DNA of 64,000 bases from IMG/VR virus record IMGVR_UViG_3300005201_000352. One strand, given 5' to 3'. The translations under genes were made by a program, and so were the position numbers. This document shows positions 9,098-20,283 of the stretch, in pieces (position 1 is the stretch's first letter; each line of letters opens with the position of its first letter). The notes under the pieces were generated by a model. It did not search any database, was not told the origin of the DNA, and saw only the letters and a list, made by a program, of their open reading frames with translations. This stretch comes from an uncultured virus (IMG/VR IMGVR_UViG_3300005201_000352) (taxonomy: Duplodnaviria; Heunggongvirae; Uroviricota; Caudoviricetes).

Positions 9098-9643
9098 TTA
9101 ATAATTTATAGTTCCTGTGGTTGGTGTAATTGATATAGATGTGTTAAAATTTGCGACTTGCGTAGAAGAACTGCTATACTGGCTTATACTAACTGTTCCG
9201 TCATTATTAAATACGGCATCCCATGTGATATTTTGCCGTATAAAATAATCAGTCATTGTTCCTCCAGAAGCAATCAAACCACAATACGATACTGTTGAAA
9301 ATCTAATTGTAAACGAGGCGAGTCCTACCGAGTTCATAAATATTTTTAAATCATCAGGCATTGCCGAAAAAGTTATTGTTGAAAGAAGACGACCCGGAGC
9401 CGCTTGTGTACCCGAGCCGCTAATAGACCATGTGCCGTCATTATTAATAGTGAAAGTTCCTAGTGCATTACCATTTAAACTCACCGTCATGTTTACGTTA
9501 GGAACTTCACCTAACCAAACTAATTTAGCTACTCCGCCGACACTGGCATACATTTTAGTGACTTTGCGGGCGACTCCACCGACGCCGATATAAAGTTTTT
9601 TTGCCTTTCTTGCGACTCCACCGACGCCGATATATGCTGCCAT
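9098..9643 (-). CDS. Putative tail fibre/receptor-binding accessory protein
   Basis: Triple YIGVGGVARK-type N-terminal repeat; coupled to the fibre gene. Confidence 0.6.
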   Translation of the reverse strand: MAAYIGVGGVARKAKKLYIGVGGVARKVTKMYASVGGVAKLVWLGEVPNVNMTVSLNGNALGTFTINNDGTWSISGSGTQAAPGRLLSTITFSAMPDDLKIFMNSVGLASFTIRFSTVSYCGLIASGGTMTDYFIRQNITWDAVFNNDGTVSISQYSSSSTQVANFNTSISITPTTGTINY

Positions 9644-12426
9644 TATATATATACCACTCTTAAAGTACCGGTCGCCAAAGCCGAGTTAGCGCCCGGGTCA
9701 GATGTTCCTGAAACAATAGTTAAATTGTTTCCAGTCGCGCCCGTGTTACCGGTGTTGCCCTTCGCTCCGGCAGAGCCATTAGTACCTGCTGCACCGGTTA
9801 CGCCCCTTATATTTCCAGCCGCGCTGCAGGCCAACGGGGATAACGTTGTTATTTTAGCAAGCCCTCCTACGGCAACAGATATTCCCCCGATTGTTAAAGA
9901 CGCCGTACCGGTATTGAGGATTAAATCACCTACCCTAGCTCCAGTCGGCGCTGTCGAAGTTGCAGCTGTTACGGAAAATATAGGATTCGCGGCGCCCAAA
10001 GCCGGCAACCCGTTTCCTGTTGGATCATCGTCGAGGCTTACATAAAGATTGCCGGAAGTATCTACTCTTGCACTGACAACGCTCGTTCCTGTCTTGCCGG
10101 TTGCTCCAATAGTCCCCGCATGAGTATGATTTGTAAAAGAAACTTCTTTAGCCGTATCCCACGCGGTAGCATTAGCCGCTGCACGTTGAATAAACAGTTT
10201 GCCGTTAGCTTTACTAACACCAATGCGAGTACGACCTCCAACATCCGTACCTGCATATCCTGAAAAATCCCACCAATTTTTATATGTGGTATCCCCATTA
10301 ACATTCTCATTGGACATGTACACTTTACTATTTGTAGACATACCCAATCCGCTTGCGTTAGGAGCTTGCGCGCCTCCACTACCTGAATAACTACCAATTA
10401 GAATGTTATGGGTATGACTCGCGGCGGCTTTCCCATTATCTGAAAGCACTCCGCCCTTTAACTGGACGTTGCCGCCTATGACCTGACCGTTACCGAGCAG
10501 GAGTTTGTCGTTGTTACCGTCACCAGCCAATCTGACGCAGATAAACACGTCGCCCGGCCGCAGAAGCTGCGTAGTATTTGTTTGGCTATAAACCAGTGCG
10601 TATAAAGTAACGGCGTTTCGGTTACCACCTCTGGTATGCCTGCCGATAATAGCGGTAGATGGGGGTATGGTTATATTCCGCCCGCCCGTTATTGCTGGTG
10701 TAGTGCCAAGCCCTGTGATTGTAGGCCAGTCGGCATTTTCGCTCAGCCACATAACGTATCCATCCGAGCCTTGAGTTTTGTCTACCGGTTGTTGCATTAT
10801 TTGATTTATAATACCGCTTGTTCTTAACTGTGACAGAACACCCTCAGAGCTGAACGTCCAGTCGCCTCTCCATTGAAGGTTGCTAGAACCTAAGTTGGCT
10901 ATTCTTGATAAATCCGCGGAAGAGTTTAAGTATTTCCATTCTCCACCGTCAATTTCTGTAGCACTTTGTATATTTTTATAAGCAGCTAAACCACGACTTT
11001 GAACGTCTTCCGCGAAACAAAGTAATGCTGCTTCTTCAACCCCTGCGCCTATGCAAAAGATCATATACCGTTGCGAGCTGGTAAACTCTGACGGCAAGCC
11101 TGCCCTTGTTTTTTCGGCGGCATCGGCACTGTTATGATATACTCTAAACATTCGTAAATCATTTGAGGCTGCTTGAACTATTTGTGATAACGTTCCTGAG
11201 CCAACTGTTAGAGTATATTCAGGGCACATTAACTGTTGAAAAGACCTAACTAATCCTATATCGGCAAGAGCATTTCCGGGCAATGTTCTGATACCTTTAG
11301 AAGAACCGTCAGACACTAAAGGCTGTCCGGCAGTTGCGGGTATGTTGGCCATTCGTGAAAACAAATTCCCAAGGTTGCCAAGAATTGTTTTTATTATTCC
11401 TCTCAACGATCTCACGCCTGTAGTCGTTATCTGCGTATTACTTGCGGCGGGTACAGAGTCTATGTTCACCGCGACGGGCAGGGTAAAGTTCCCCCCTGTA
11501 TCGCTTGCGGTTGTTGAGGTCGAGTTATCGTCGACTGTGATAGTGCGGTTAAGCGCGCTTTGTTTACTGTTAGCTAAATCATACGCCTGTTTCACCGCGT
11601 TAGGTGTAGCAGCTTGCGTTACAGATGTCGAGTTAACAGCGTCATTTAACTGTACAACACCTTTAGCTGACGTTGTCGCGTCATTTCCCTTCACGTTCTG
11701 CGCTGTCCCGCTCTTGGCGTCAACGGATAGGCCGTTGCTTGCCGTAACGCTCTGTAACGCCGTATCGGCTTTTCCCAATGATTCCTGTACCGCGCTTTCA
11801 AGATCAGTTTTCGGTATCCCGCCTTCGGGTATCTCATAACCATTTATATGTCCGACAAAAAATTCCTGCTCTCCTACCGTGTAATAGAGGTTTCCTGTTT
11901 CCTCATTATACGTCAACGGGTTAGTTCCGCCGTCAATGGTTCGCACATAAAGATCGCCGTCTTCATTCACGTATAACCCGAAAAAGCCCGGAGTGGTAAG
12001 GTTAAGACCCGGAACGCCTGTGGCTCCGGTGTTACCCGTCGGGCCTTTTACGTTCCCTATTACAAACTCCTCTCCATTAATTGTATAAGACAGTTCTCCT
12101 GTAACGGCGTTATATGATAGCGGGTTGTTTCCGTCTACTGTTTGAACATATAGATCACCGTCAGAATCAACGTACAGTCCGAAGAAACCGGGAGTGGTAA
12201 GGTTAAGTCCCGGTACGCCTGTTTCTCCGGCTGGCCCTTTTAATTTTTCTAACCATAACGGATATAATTCGGCGACAGTCCGTGTTCCATCTCCGATAAT
12301 GTTTATTGTATTATCTGGGAAATCAGGAGCCCCTTTCAAAGCGATCATTTCCCCATTACGGAGAATAACATTTAATACCGTATTATACTCATACGGATGC
12401 CACCGCTGTCCTATTATTTCGGCCAT
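9643..12426 (-). CDS. Tail fibre protein
   Basis: Fibre repeat DATTSAKGVVQL...AATPNAVKQAYDLA, HTH-type metal motifs (SHTHN, NHTHA), Gly-X-Y tracts, internal ~66-aa duplication. Confidence 0.85.
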   Translation of the reverse strand: MAEIIGQRWHPYEYNTVLNVILRNGEMIALKGAPDFPDNTINIIGDGTRTVAELYPLWLEKLKGPAGETGVPGLNLTTPGFFGLYVDSDGDLYVQTVDGNNPLSYNAVTGELSYTINGEEFVIGNVKGPTGNTGATGVPGLNLTTPGFFGLYVNEDGDLYVRTIDGGTNPLTYNEETGNLYYTVGEQEFFVGHINGYEIPEGGIPKTDLESAVQESLGKADTALQSVTASNGLSVDAKSGTAQNVKGNDATTSAKGVVQLNDAVNSTSVTQAATPNAVKQAYDLANSKQSALNRTITVDDNSTSTTASDTGGNFTLPVAVNIDSVPAASNTQITTTGVRSLRGIIKTILGNLGNLFSRMANIPATAGQPLVSDGSSKGIRTLPGNALADIGLVRSFQQLMCPEYTLTVGSGTLSQIVQAASNDLRMFRVYHNSADAAEKTRAGLPSEFTSSQRYMIFCIGAGVEEAALLCFAEDVQSRGLAAYKNIQSATEIDGGEWKYLNSSADLSRIANLGSSNLQWRGDWTFSSEGVLSQLRTSGIINQIMQQPVDKTQGSDGYVMWLSENADWPTITGLGTTPAITGGRNITIPPSTAIIGRHTRGGNRNAVTLYALVYSQTNTTQLLRPGDVFICVRLAGDGNNDKLLLGNGQVIGGNVQLKGGVLSDNGKAAASHTHNILIGSYSGSGGAQAPNASGLGMSTNSKVYMSNENVNGDTTYKNWWDFSGYAGTDVGGRTRIGVSKANGKLFIQRAAANATAWDTAKEVSFTNHTHAGTIGATGKTGTSVVSARVDTSGNLYVSLDDDPTGNGLPALGAANPIFSVTAATSTAPTGARVGDLILNTGTASLTIGGISVAVGGLAKITTLSPLACSAAGNIRGVTGAAGTNGSAGAKGNTGNTGATGNNLTIVSGTSDPGANSALATGTLRVVYI

Positions 12427-14417
12427 ATTTCGCTTTCCTTCTTTTCCCTCACATCAATAGTCGTTATTCCGGTCTGTATATCCAACTCGACGCGCAGCAC
12501 CTGACACCGTACCCTGCCTGCAAACTTCCTCTCATTAAGATTTGCTTTTTCCTCATTAATCATGGTTACATACTCGTCGATTTCATTTTTCTGAGCTATT
12601 ACAACACGCTCTCTGCCTACTCGATCTATCAGCATGATAAGCTTGTGCGGGTACTTGTCCTTCTCCTCGCCAGGTATATATATATCAATGTAAAAAATAT
12701 CGTAAACCCGTAGGTCAAACCATTTTTCTCCATACAGCTTGATATTCTTAATCAACGGGTGCCTATCTTTAAAATCCTCAAGTAATAAGCTGCTTTTTAA
12801 TTCGGCATCTTGAATATTGGCAAGTAGCGAATGAGCAGGCCATTCTTTATTTATGCGGTGAATTTCCAATATGCTACGCTGCATGGTCTTGTCAATCCAA
12901 TGGCGCCCGCTTTTCTCGCCGTAATTATAAGCATACTCAATGTCGGTATACGTGCCGTAGAGTTCAGCGTTCCAGTCAATCTCCACTTCGTCTAGGTTCT
13001 GTATCTCATGGCTTTTTATAGCGGGCAGTTCGTCACGGTTCGGGTCATCTAGCCGCGCGGTAAACTTATTTTCATATACACGAAACTGGAAACCGAGAAC
13101 ACAGCCGCTTTGCAATTGCTCTATCGCCTCATATACCGATATTGGCTTATCAAACATTATCCCGATTTCATGATCAAGCGGCGCGAGTTCATCGGTAATC
13201 TCGACAGTATCATACCGCCGCTCATCGAAAGGAAAATTAGAATACCTGTACATGACGTCTTTGATAATTTCTAGCGGAGTTGATTTGTTTATAAAAAGCC
13301 CATCCATGCGGACTTCATTTATCCCTTTCTCTCTGTCGCCTTCCTGCCTCGCCACTTGCCACGGGAGGGTTATCTCACCATTGGCCAACAGTGAGGTTAC
13401 ATCTCCTATGGGGTTTATTCTCGGTTTCCATCCGGTTTCAATATTATATACTTCAGTCCAGCCATCCACATCCTTCTGCGGCCCCATCGGATCATTCTCA
13501 TTAACCGGCAACTTGCCGCTTGTCATTTTTACTTGTATGCGGTCTACGCGGGTTATAGCGCTTGAAAACCGAAACCGGTACTGCGTCAAATACCCTGCGC
13601 TTTCTTGCGGCTCGTCCGGTTTGGCATAAATCTGTTTCCCCTGCAAACAGACACCGGGAATACCAAAACAACGCCCATATACTTCTTGCATATCTTTGTC
13701 AATCAAATTGTCGTCAATGAACGGATATTTCTCTTTCGTAAATTTTTTATCTGGTATTTTTGCCGAAAGTCGCTCACGCTTGTCTTTCAGATGAAAAGTC
13801 GCCTTATTTAACGAAACAGTTATATTTGCTATGTAATATTGAGCTAGCTTACGCTTCTGTTCTTCGTCGATCGCTCTAACATGCAGATTAAACTCATTGC
13901 CGAATAAATCTGCTATATCATCAAACTGCCCATTTGTATTCTCAATGGACACGCTTGCGCTATTGAATTTCATTTTATCGTAGGTGAAAGCATCCGCGCT
14001 TTGCTCTATTATTGGCACATTAAACATGCCTGGTCGGTACATACGCCCATCAATCAAAACAGGATTGTTATCAGTAAAGCCAATGAATGTACCGTAACGA
14101 TGAGAATAAAATAAAAACGGCGGGTAATAGTATGGGAATTTTACGTACACGACACTTCCGCCGTTCACCCATCCGCCATCATCAGCCGACAACGTTGTAC
14201 GCAGTTCTTCTAAAGTATCTACTTCCGTATACTCAATCTGATTAATGATGATATTACTGACATTGATCTGTTCGCGGGTAAAAGTATCGTCCATGAATGA
14301 TAATATTACACCTATTGCATATAGACAGTACCGCCATATTCCTGCTTCGAAGGCTGTGGGTATCGCTTTTAATAGTTTGGTATGCTCCATTTCGGCAAGG
14401 ACGGTGAGTTCTTCCAT
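12414..14417 (-). CDS. Tail tip/baseplate protein
   Basis: 667 aa beta-rich protein between the tape measure block and the fibre (synteny). Confidence 0.6.
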   Translation of the reverse strand: MEELTVLAEMEHTKLLKAIPTAFEAGIWRYCLYAIGVILSFMDDTFTREQINVSNIIINQIEYTEVDTLEELRTTLSADDGGWVNGGSVVYVKFPYYYPPFLFYSHRYGTFIGFTDNNPVLIDGRMYRPGMFNVPIIEQSADAFTYDKMKFNSASVSIENTNGQFDDIADLFGNEFNLHVRAIDEEQKRKLAQYYIANITVSLNKATFHLKDKRERLSAKIPDKKFTKEKYPFIDDNLIDKDMQEVYGRCFGIPGVCLQGKQIYAKPDEPQESAGYLTQYRFRFSSAITRVDRIQVKMTSGKLPVNENDPMGPQKDVDGWTEVYNIETGWKPRINPIGDVTSLLANGEITLPWQVARQEGDREKGINEVRMDGLFINKSTPLEIIKDVMYRYSNFPFDERRYDTVEITDELAPLDHEIGIMFDKPISVYEAIEQLQSGCVLGFQFRVYENKFTARLDDPNRDELPAIKSHEIQNLDEVEIDWNAELYGTYTDIEYAYNYGEKSGRHWIDKTMQRSILEIHRINKEWPAHSLLANIQDAELKSSLLLEDFKDRHPLIKNIKLYGEKWFDLRVYDIFYIDIYIPGEEKDKYPHKLIMLIDRVGRERVVIAQKNEIDEYVTMINEEKANLNERKFAGRVRCQVLRVELDIQTGITTIDVREKKESEIWPK

Positions 14418-14420
14418 TTT

Positions 14421-15494
14421 TTACCCCACACGCCACAGACGCGCATAACCGCTTGATGTGTTTTTTGGCGGGTTTCCACGATTACCGTTATAGCCATCGT
14501 TACCACCCATGCCACCGTTACCACCAATTCCGCTCCCGCCGTTGTCGCCAGAGGTACCGCCACTGGCTCTAATAACCGTGTTACCACTGCCACCGTTACC
14601 GCCAATACCGCCAATACCGCCAATACCGCCTAAATTTACGATTCCGCCAATGCAGCTTTCTATTCCGCCACCGCCGCCGCCACCGCCGCCGCCACCGCCG
14701 CCGTTTGGATTGGGACTAGAAATATAACCACCGTTACCACCATTACCACCGTTACCACCATTACCACCGTCAGCACCAACACTGATTCGTACTTTTCCCC
14801 CAAGGTGAGAGAATACGCCAGTGATTCCCGTTGGAACGGAACCATCAGAGCCATTGTTTCCGGGAGCACCGTCAATACCACTGCTACCGTGATTACCACC
14901 GTTACCACCGTTACCACCAGCACCACCTCTACCTCCTCTCAGCCCATAACGGTACACCCCTGGCGCAAGATCGATTTCAGTATCTACTATCTGCTCACTC
15001 GGTGAACTATACGCGCTAACTCCAGTAGGAGGCGAACTGAAATCTTGCTTGGTATTCACCATAGACATCGCGTTGTAATTGTCGAGAATCACCTTGCCGT
15101 TGTACTGGCTGTCTGTATAAAAGAATTTCGCTATTGCTCTGTCATTGCCATTATACCAGCTGCCCTTCGCCGCGCTCCATACCGGAGCAGTATTGTCGAA
15201 CTTGAATCCAACATTGACTCCGTCTATTACTTCCGCGTATATGTAATTATTGCCGTTATGTGCCGGGGTAGTTAGCGTTCCTGATATTGTATCATTGCCA
15301 GGTCCTACTTCGTAAAACGCGCCGTTCATTTCAAACCGGCTCCCTGCTACAATTTCAGGTTCTCCAGTGTTGTCTATATTGGCCAGTTCAATGCAAATAA
15401 ACCCGCCGCCCTGTCTCGTTGTTCTTAAAATAAATTTATGCCAATCCTCAAGATTTGCTTGATTTACATTCGGTTCTAGAATTTTTACCGCCAT
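14421..15494 (-). CDS. Glycine-rich tail protein
   Basis: GGNGGN repeats and poly-Gly in the C-terminal half; tail module. Confidence 0.6.
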   Translation of the reverse strand: MAVKILEPNVNQANLEDWHKFILRTTRQGGGFICIELANIDNTGEPEIVAGSRFEMNGAFYEVGPGNDTISGTLTTPAHNGNNYIYAEVIDGVNVGFKFDNTAPVWSAAKGSWYNGNDRAIAKFFYTDSQYNGKVILDNYNAMSMVNTKQDFSSPPTGVSAYSSPSEQIVDTEIDLAPGVYRYGLRGGRGGAGGNGGNGGNHGSSGIDGAPGNNGSDGSVPTGITGVFSHLGGKVRISVGADGGNGGNGGNGGNGGYISSPNPNGGGGGGGGGGGGGIESCIGGIVNLGGIGGIGGIGGNGGSGNTVIRASGGTSGDNGGSGIGGNGGMGGNDGYNGNRGNPPKNTSSGYARLWRVG

Positions 15495-16190
15495 TTACCT
15501 TGCCTCTCTCCATGACAATGATCCACCATAAAAAAAACCGCTCTCATTCCGTTTCGGAAACGAAGTCTCTTTAATATCGAGCACCGCATACATCGGCGGA
15601 AACTCTTCCCGTGCCTGAGGGTACGGGTCTATGATATGCGGGGTAACATTCTGAACCGCTTTTATGTACTCTTTGATTAAACTTTGTTCTTCCAATGCCA
15701 GGCGATTGTAATTTACGGCGAAACTTTCAAGGGCAACGCGCTTCATGCCAAACACTTGGCCGCCGAATGACCGTGACGCTTCACTGTTAAGCGCAATACC
15801 CGTTTCCGGTTCCACGGCGAATCTCGGCAATTCGGTTTTATGTCCTAAATATAAATGCCCCAGATATAACGGGTCATCACTCTCTAGTTCAAGAATAAAA
15901 TAATCACTGTAAATGATTTCTTCAAAGTCACGTATCGTAATCAATCCCTTTGCTATATTTCCCTCGAAAATACCTTCCCTTGTTTCCAGCCGATAACAAT
16001 ATGCATTGGTGTATCCAAGACAAAGGGAATCTATTGTGACTATTTCATCGCCGCGTATTGTTACGTTCTCCTCTAAAAAATCAGCCCGTAATTTCAGCAT
16101 AGGATCGTAGACATTATATATCGACGAGCCAACCGCAAGCGGCGAATGATTTGTGAAAGCTGCTTTTTCGTTCCGGTAGTAAACATTCAC
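15495..16190 (-). CDS. Distal-tail-like protein
   Basis: Directly after tape measure; YLGHLYLG motif; synteny. Confidence 0.5.
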   Translation of the reverse strand: MNVYYRNEKAAFTNHSPLAVGSSIYNVYDPMLKLRADFLEENVTIRGDEIVTIDSLCLGYTNAYCYRLETREGIFEGNIAKGLITIRDFEEIIYSDYFILELESDDPLYLGHLYLGHKTELPRFAVEPETGIALNSEASRSFGGQVFGMKRVALESFAVNYNRLALEEQSLIKEYIKAVQNVTPHIIDPYPQAREEFPPMYAVLDIKETSFPKRNESGFFYGGSLSWREAR

Positions 16191-18559
16191 TTCAATGCCC
16201 TCGCTTTTATGGTATAGAAACCATCATTCACAAGATCGACCGTGCTTTTGGCGATCTCGCGAGTGTCCATCATGACAACGATGGTGGCCGTTACGGGACC
16301 GTTATTTGATGTAAGTTGCCCGGCAATACGATCTTGCTGGCTCCGGTTAAGGATAAGCTCACCTGAATTTACCATTGCCGGCACTTTGTCTCCAACGTAG
16401 CTGTTTCCGGGCACAATGCCACCGGTTGCGAACTGAGGAGGTTTCGGTGGATTTGCGGCGAGAAGGCCGATCTGTACTGCGGTAGCCGCTCCTGAAATCC
16501 CAGCGAGGATGATATTATAAGGCGGTGGCGCAGACGCAAGAGCCTGCAAGACCGCCATAATTCCGGCGTTTGCTGCACTAATCATTTTATTATTGAATTC
16601 CTGCACAGCCAAGTCATACTCAATTTTTGCCTTTTCCTTAGCTGCCTGTTCGGCAGCCTGTTTAGCCTGCTCATCATATTCATCATTTATGCGCTGCTCT
16701 TCAAGGCGTCGTTGCGCTTGATATATTAAAATTTCATCCCCAGTACGCTTGGCTGCCTCAAGCTGCGCTTCCAAACTTTCTTCATTATTTGCAACAGCAA
16801 ATCCGTTTGCAATGAGTGCTGCTTCACGGGCTTTTTCAATATTTTCAAGGGTTACTTCCAATGCTTTTTCAATTATAGCTATTTGTTCTTCAGCGTGTTT
16901 ACGGCTTATCTCTAACAAGCTATTTGATATATTATCATAAGCACCTATAACGGCTTCACCTAATTGTAATGTTTGTGAATAGATTTCTGAAAAGAAACCT
17001 TCTTTCAGATCCTTTTCTGCTTCTTCTCTAACCTTCTTCATGCCGGCAGTTATCCTATCAAAATTATCAAGTATGGCTTCTCGCTCCTCATCTGATGCGT
17101 TGATAAATGCTTCTGACTCTTCAATCGCTTTCCACGCGCGTTCGCGTTGAATATCTATTAATTCATTTTCCAGTTCAATTGCTTTGTTTATTGCAAAAAC
17201 ACGCTCTGCTTCCGATTTGGCAGACGCAGCCTTAGTTCTCCACATGTCAATTTCTTGTCGCCGTAGCTCATCGCCTTGATCTAGTAAAATCGCGTCTATA
17301 TTTTTCTGATATTCTTTCGCTTTTGCAATTTCTTGGTTTAGCCTAACCAGTTCCGCGGTTTCATCCCTGAGCCTAATTGTCTCGCCTGTAGTTAGTTTGT
17401 ATTGGGTAACAATTGATTCCAAGTCAGAATATTTTTGCTCAAGCGCCGCATGGATTTGTCTTTCCATTTCTTCTTCATTTATAAGCCCCGCTTCTCTTGC
17501 GTCGCGCGCTCTGCGTACAGCCTGTTCGTATTTTTCGATAGCCGTTAAACGGGCTTCGGTAATTTTTTCCTGATCGGTTATTTCACTTTCTTTCAGTCTT
17601 TCTTGTAATGCTATCCGCTCAGCTATTCTTTCATTAAATCTTTGATTATAAACACTACCTTGAATTTCTCCTTCCTGTCCCAGTGCTAACAATTCCGCTG
17701 TTTTATTTATATAATTATTAAGCGCGGAAACTGCAGCCTCGTCTCTTTCTTGCTGGGACATTGCTCCTTGGGCTTTTTGGTATTCTATCGCCTTGAGTGT
17801 TTGCATATATTCATTTTCAATTTCCTGTAATTTACTCAAACTTTCAACATTGGCATTCCCAGTTTGTTCCAGAAGATTATTAAGTTTTTCTTGTGCTCTT
17901 ATTAAATCTGCTTCCAATCCGGCAAGGTCTCTATCTCTAATTCTTATTGCCTCTCTTAATGTACGACCGTATGCTTTAGCAACATTTTCATTTATCTCAG
18001 CAATTCTTCTTTCAATCGCCTCAACGTCAGTTCTTGCATTATTGAGTTCGCTTGCAAGATTCTCGCCTATAACACCATAATTTTCATCGCGAATGCGTTT
18101 TAATGCCGCTCTTAATTCATTAGTCTGCCGAACACTTCTTGCAGCTTTTTCAATGAGATTAGCAAACCAATCAGTAACCGGCTTTGTTGCCGCAGTAAAG
18201 CTTGCCCCTAGTGATGACTTGAGATCAGAAATGCCTTTAGCGAATTTTTCATTTGCCATAAACGCATTACCAATTGCGCTTCCTAATCCTTGTATTGCTT
18301 TTATTCCTACTGTTATGCCAATTATTGCAGGAGATAGTTTTGTCGCAATACTTCTACCCATTTTCGCTGCGCTCGTTTCTACTTGATCAAAGCCCTGCTT
18401 CATACCGCCTGCAAAACCCTTCCCTGCTGTCTGTCCTTGCGCTTTCATCTTCGCAGCAAGTGCGTCCATTTTCTTTTGAGCTTCCAGAGCGTCTTTTTCC
18501 ATCTGCGTAAGTTTAAGACGTAATTCAGCTTCTATCGATCCGGCATCTTCCGCAGCCAT
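16187..18559 (-). CDS. Tail tape measure protein
   Basis: 790 aa helical; N-terminal DAGSIEAELRL, C-terminal FATGGIVPG...GDKVPAMVNSGELILN. Confidence 0.88.
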   Translation of the reverse strand: MAAEDAGSIEAELRLKLTQMEKDALEAQKKMDALAAKMKAQGQTAGKGFAGGMKQGFDQVETSAAKMGRSIATKLSPAIIGITVGIKAIQGLGSAIGNAFMANEKFAKGISDLKSSLGASFTAATKPVTDWFANLIEKAARSVRQTNELRAALKRIRDENYGVIGENLASELNNARTDVEAIERRIAEINENVAKAYGRTLREAIRIRDRDLAGLEADLIRAQEKLNNLLEQTGNANVESLSKLQEIENEYMQTLKAIEYQKAQGAMSQQERDEAAVSALNNYINKTAELLALGQEGEIQGSVYNQRFNERIAERIALQERLKESEITDQEKITEARLTAIEKYEQAVRRARDAREAGLINEEEMERQIHAALEQKYSDLESIVTQYKLTTGETIRLRDETAELVRLNQEIAKAKEYQKNIDAILLDQGDELRRQEIDMWRTKAASAKSEAERVFAINKAIELENELIDIQRERAWKAIEESEAFINASDEEREAILDNFDRITAGMKKVREEAEKDLKEGFFSEIYSQTLQLGEAVIGAYDNISNSLLEISRKHAEEQIAIIEKALEVTLENIEKAREAALIANGFAVANNEESLEAQLEAAKRTGDEILIYQAQRRLEEQRINDEYDEQAKQAAEQAAKEKAKIEYDLAVQEFNNKMISAANAGIMAVLQALASAPPPYNIILAGISGAATAVQIGLLAANPPKPPQFATGGIVPGNSYVGDKVPAMVNSGELILNRSQQDRIAGQLTSNNGPVTATIVVMMDTREIAKSTVDLVNDGFYTIKARALK

Positions 18560-19290
18560 TATTTACCCCTACTTTTCATACGCTTAACTTCTTCTTCACT
18601 TCCCAACCACGTTGCATAGTCGTCTATGTTCTGGCGGTCGCCGTCCGTGAACAGTCCGGGAACGAAGTCCGAAGGCTTGCCACTATACAGTTTGGCTTTG
18701 GTATACGCGACAAGTAACTTCTCTCTGGTGATTTTCTTTATATCCGATATGTCTGCGCCAAGAGCGACATTGGTCAGCACAACCATCGTGTCATCGGGCA
18801 AGACATATCCACAAAACAGCTCAAGCCTGTCCCTTTCAAGTTGCAATTCTCTCTTTGTCGCTTCGTTTTTTACTTCCTTGAGTTTCTCATCGAATGCTTC
18901 AAGCTCTTTTTTGTTATTCGCAAGCACATTGTCTTTATCGTGTATTGATTTTGAGAGTTCTTCAAATGTGGGACGGTTGAGGGTTGCTTTACAACATTCT
19001 TCTTGAACATTCAAAATATCGATCATCTGCTGTCGAGTGAGTTTTTTGTCTTTTTTCTGTTGATCGATTATAGCATAGAGTTTATCGACATCGGGTAATT
19101 GAGTTGATCTAGGATAACGGACTTCTACTAATATCTCCGCGCCCCGAAATGGTATCAACAGCCATTCGTACAATGCTCCCATAATTTCAGGTAACGGGTG
19201 ATACCCTACAAGAGTGAGTTTCTTGTCAGGGCGGATCGTGCGGCGGTCAAGAGCTTTCTCAACCGCCGTTTCGATTAACTTCTCAAACAA
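18559..19290 (-). CDS. Putative tail assembly chaperone
   Basis: Between the tail tube and tape measure genes (synteny only). Confidence 0.5.
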   Translation of the reverse strand: MFEKLIETAVEKALDRRTIRPDKKLTLVGYHPLPEIMGALYEWLLIPFRGAEILVEVRYPRSTQLPDVDKLYAIIDQQKKDKKLTRQQMIDILNVQEECCKATLNRPTFEELSKSIHDKDNVLANNKKELEAFDEKLKEVKNEATKRELQLERDRLELFCGYVLPDDTMVVLTNVALGADISDIKKITREKLLVAYTKAKLYSGKPSDFVPGLFTDGDRQNIDDYATWLGSEEEVKRMKSRGK

Positions 19291-20274
19291 TTACGCAGCC
19301 TCCCAATCGTCAACAATAACGCCGCTCATTTGAAGCGCGTCCCATTGTGCTTGAGTGAAATCACTCTCCCTCGGCGAAGCGTGCTGTTTGCCATCTTCTC
19401 CAGTGTAATCCGCAGCAGTCAGAGTGTATTCAGAATCGCTATGACTGCCGGCGCCACCTGAACGCTGCTGCTTGCCAACACAGCCAATGTACATACGCTC
19501 ACGAATAAATGCTTCGTCGCCTTCGGTACTGTTGTTCTTATCGAATATTTCCGAGTAAGTAAACACATCCACGCGCCCATTCTCACTATTGTCTCCTGGT
19601 GTAGGAGGCTCATAAATTTCAGGGGTGCTTACAGTACCGTCAATCCATCTGCCGCCATTTATCATTTGTTTTGCCATGCGCGAACTCAGGCGGTCGGCGA
19701 GAACAATCTTCGTGCCCGTGCGTTTCCCGGGAGAGGTGAATTTTACCGGTACTCCTCTCGGCGAGTCGTTCTCGATTACTTTGTCCTCAGTCCATTGCTC
19801 GGTCTCGGCCGCGCTTTTTAGATCTCCGTCAAACGACGCCCAAATGAAACAGCCCTTGCCTTCGTTATGCCGGCAATTACCGAAATGCAAAGCCGCGGCC
19901 AAGTCGCCATAAATCTGAACCCATTTCACGGCTGGATTTGTCGGAGTAAGCTTGAGTCGTCCTGTTTCGTCATCAACACCAAATGTACAGCCGGTAAAGC
20001 CTGCGGCATTGAGAGCTCCTGCGGCATGAACCGGGATAAGTTCATCGGGATCAGTGTCGCTGAAATCAACTTCCTGCGTCTGCACTTCGCCGTTGCCGAT
20101 TTTAAGTTTGATGATTCCCGTTTTATTTACCGGATCAAGCGCTTCTTCGATGTTAATTATTCCGGCAAATCCGAGCAGATAACCCTGTATATAGGGAGAT
20201 TTACCCCCAGGGTTCTGCCTCACCATAAGCCATTTTGTTTCAAACAGCTCGTAAAGTTTTCGTGTCGTGATCAT
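19291..20274 (-). CDS. Putative major tail tube protein
   Basis: 327 aa beta-rich protein after the neck genes (synteny). Confidence 0.55.
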   Translation of the reverse strand: MITTRKLYELFETKWLMVRQNPGGKSPYIQGYLLGFAGIINIEEALDPVNKTGIIKLKIGNGEVQTQEVDFSDTDPDELIPVHAAGALNAAGFTGCTFGVDDETGRLKLTPTNPAVKWVQIYGDLAAALHFGNCRHNEGKGCFIWASFDGDLKSAAETEQWTEDKVIENDSPRGVPVKFTSPGKRTGTKIVLADRLSSRMAKQMINGGRWIDGTVSTPEIYEPPTPGDNSENGRVDVFTYSEIFDKNNSTEGDEAFIRERMYIGCVGKQQRSGGAGSHSDSEYTLTAADYTGEDGKQHASPRESDFTQAQWDALQMSGVIVDDWEAA

Positions 20275-20283
20275 TTTATCTCC

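Noticed and set aside
9098..12426. Diversity-generating retroelement targeting fibre genes
   Set aside because: No reverse transcriptase and no TR/VR pair with adenine-specific mismatches seen in the window
14500..14940. CRISPR-like or regulatory repeats
   Set aside because: Codon repeats of GGN/poly-Gly protein; no spacers and no cas genes
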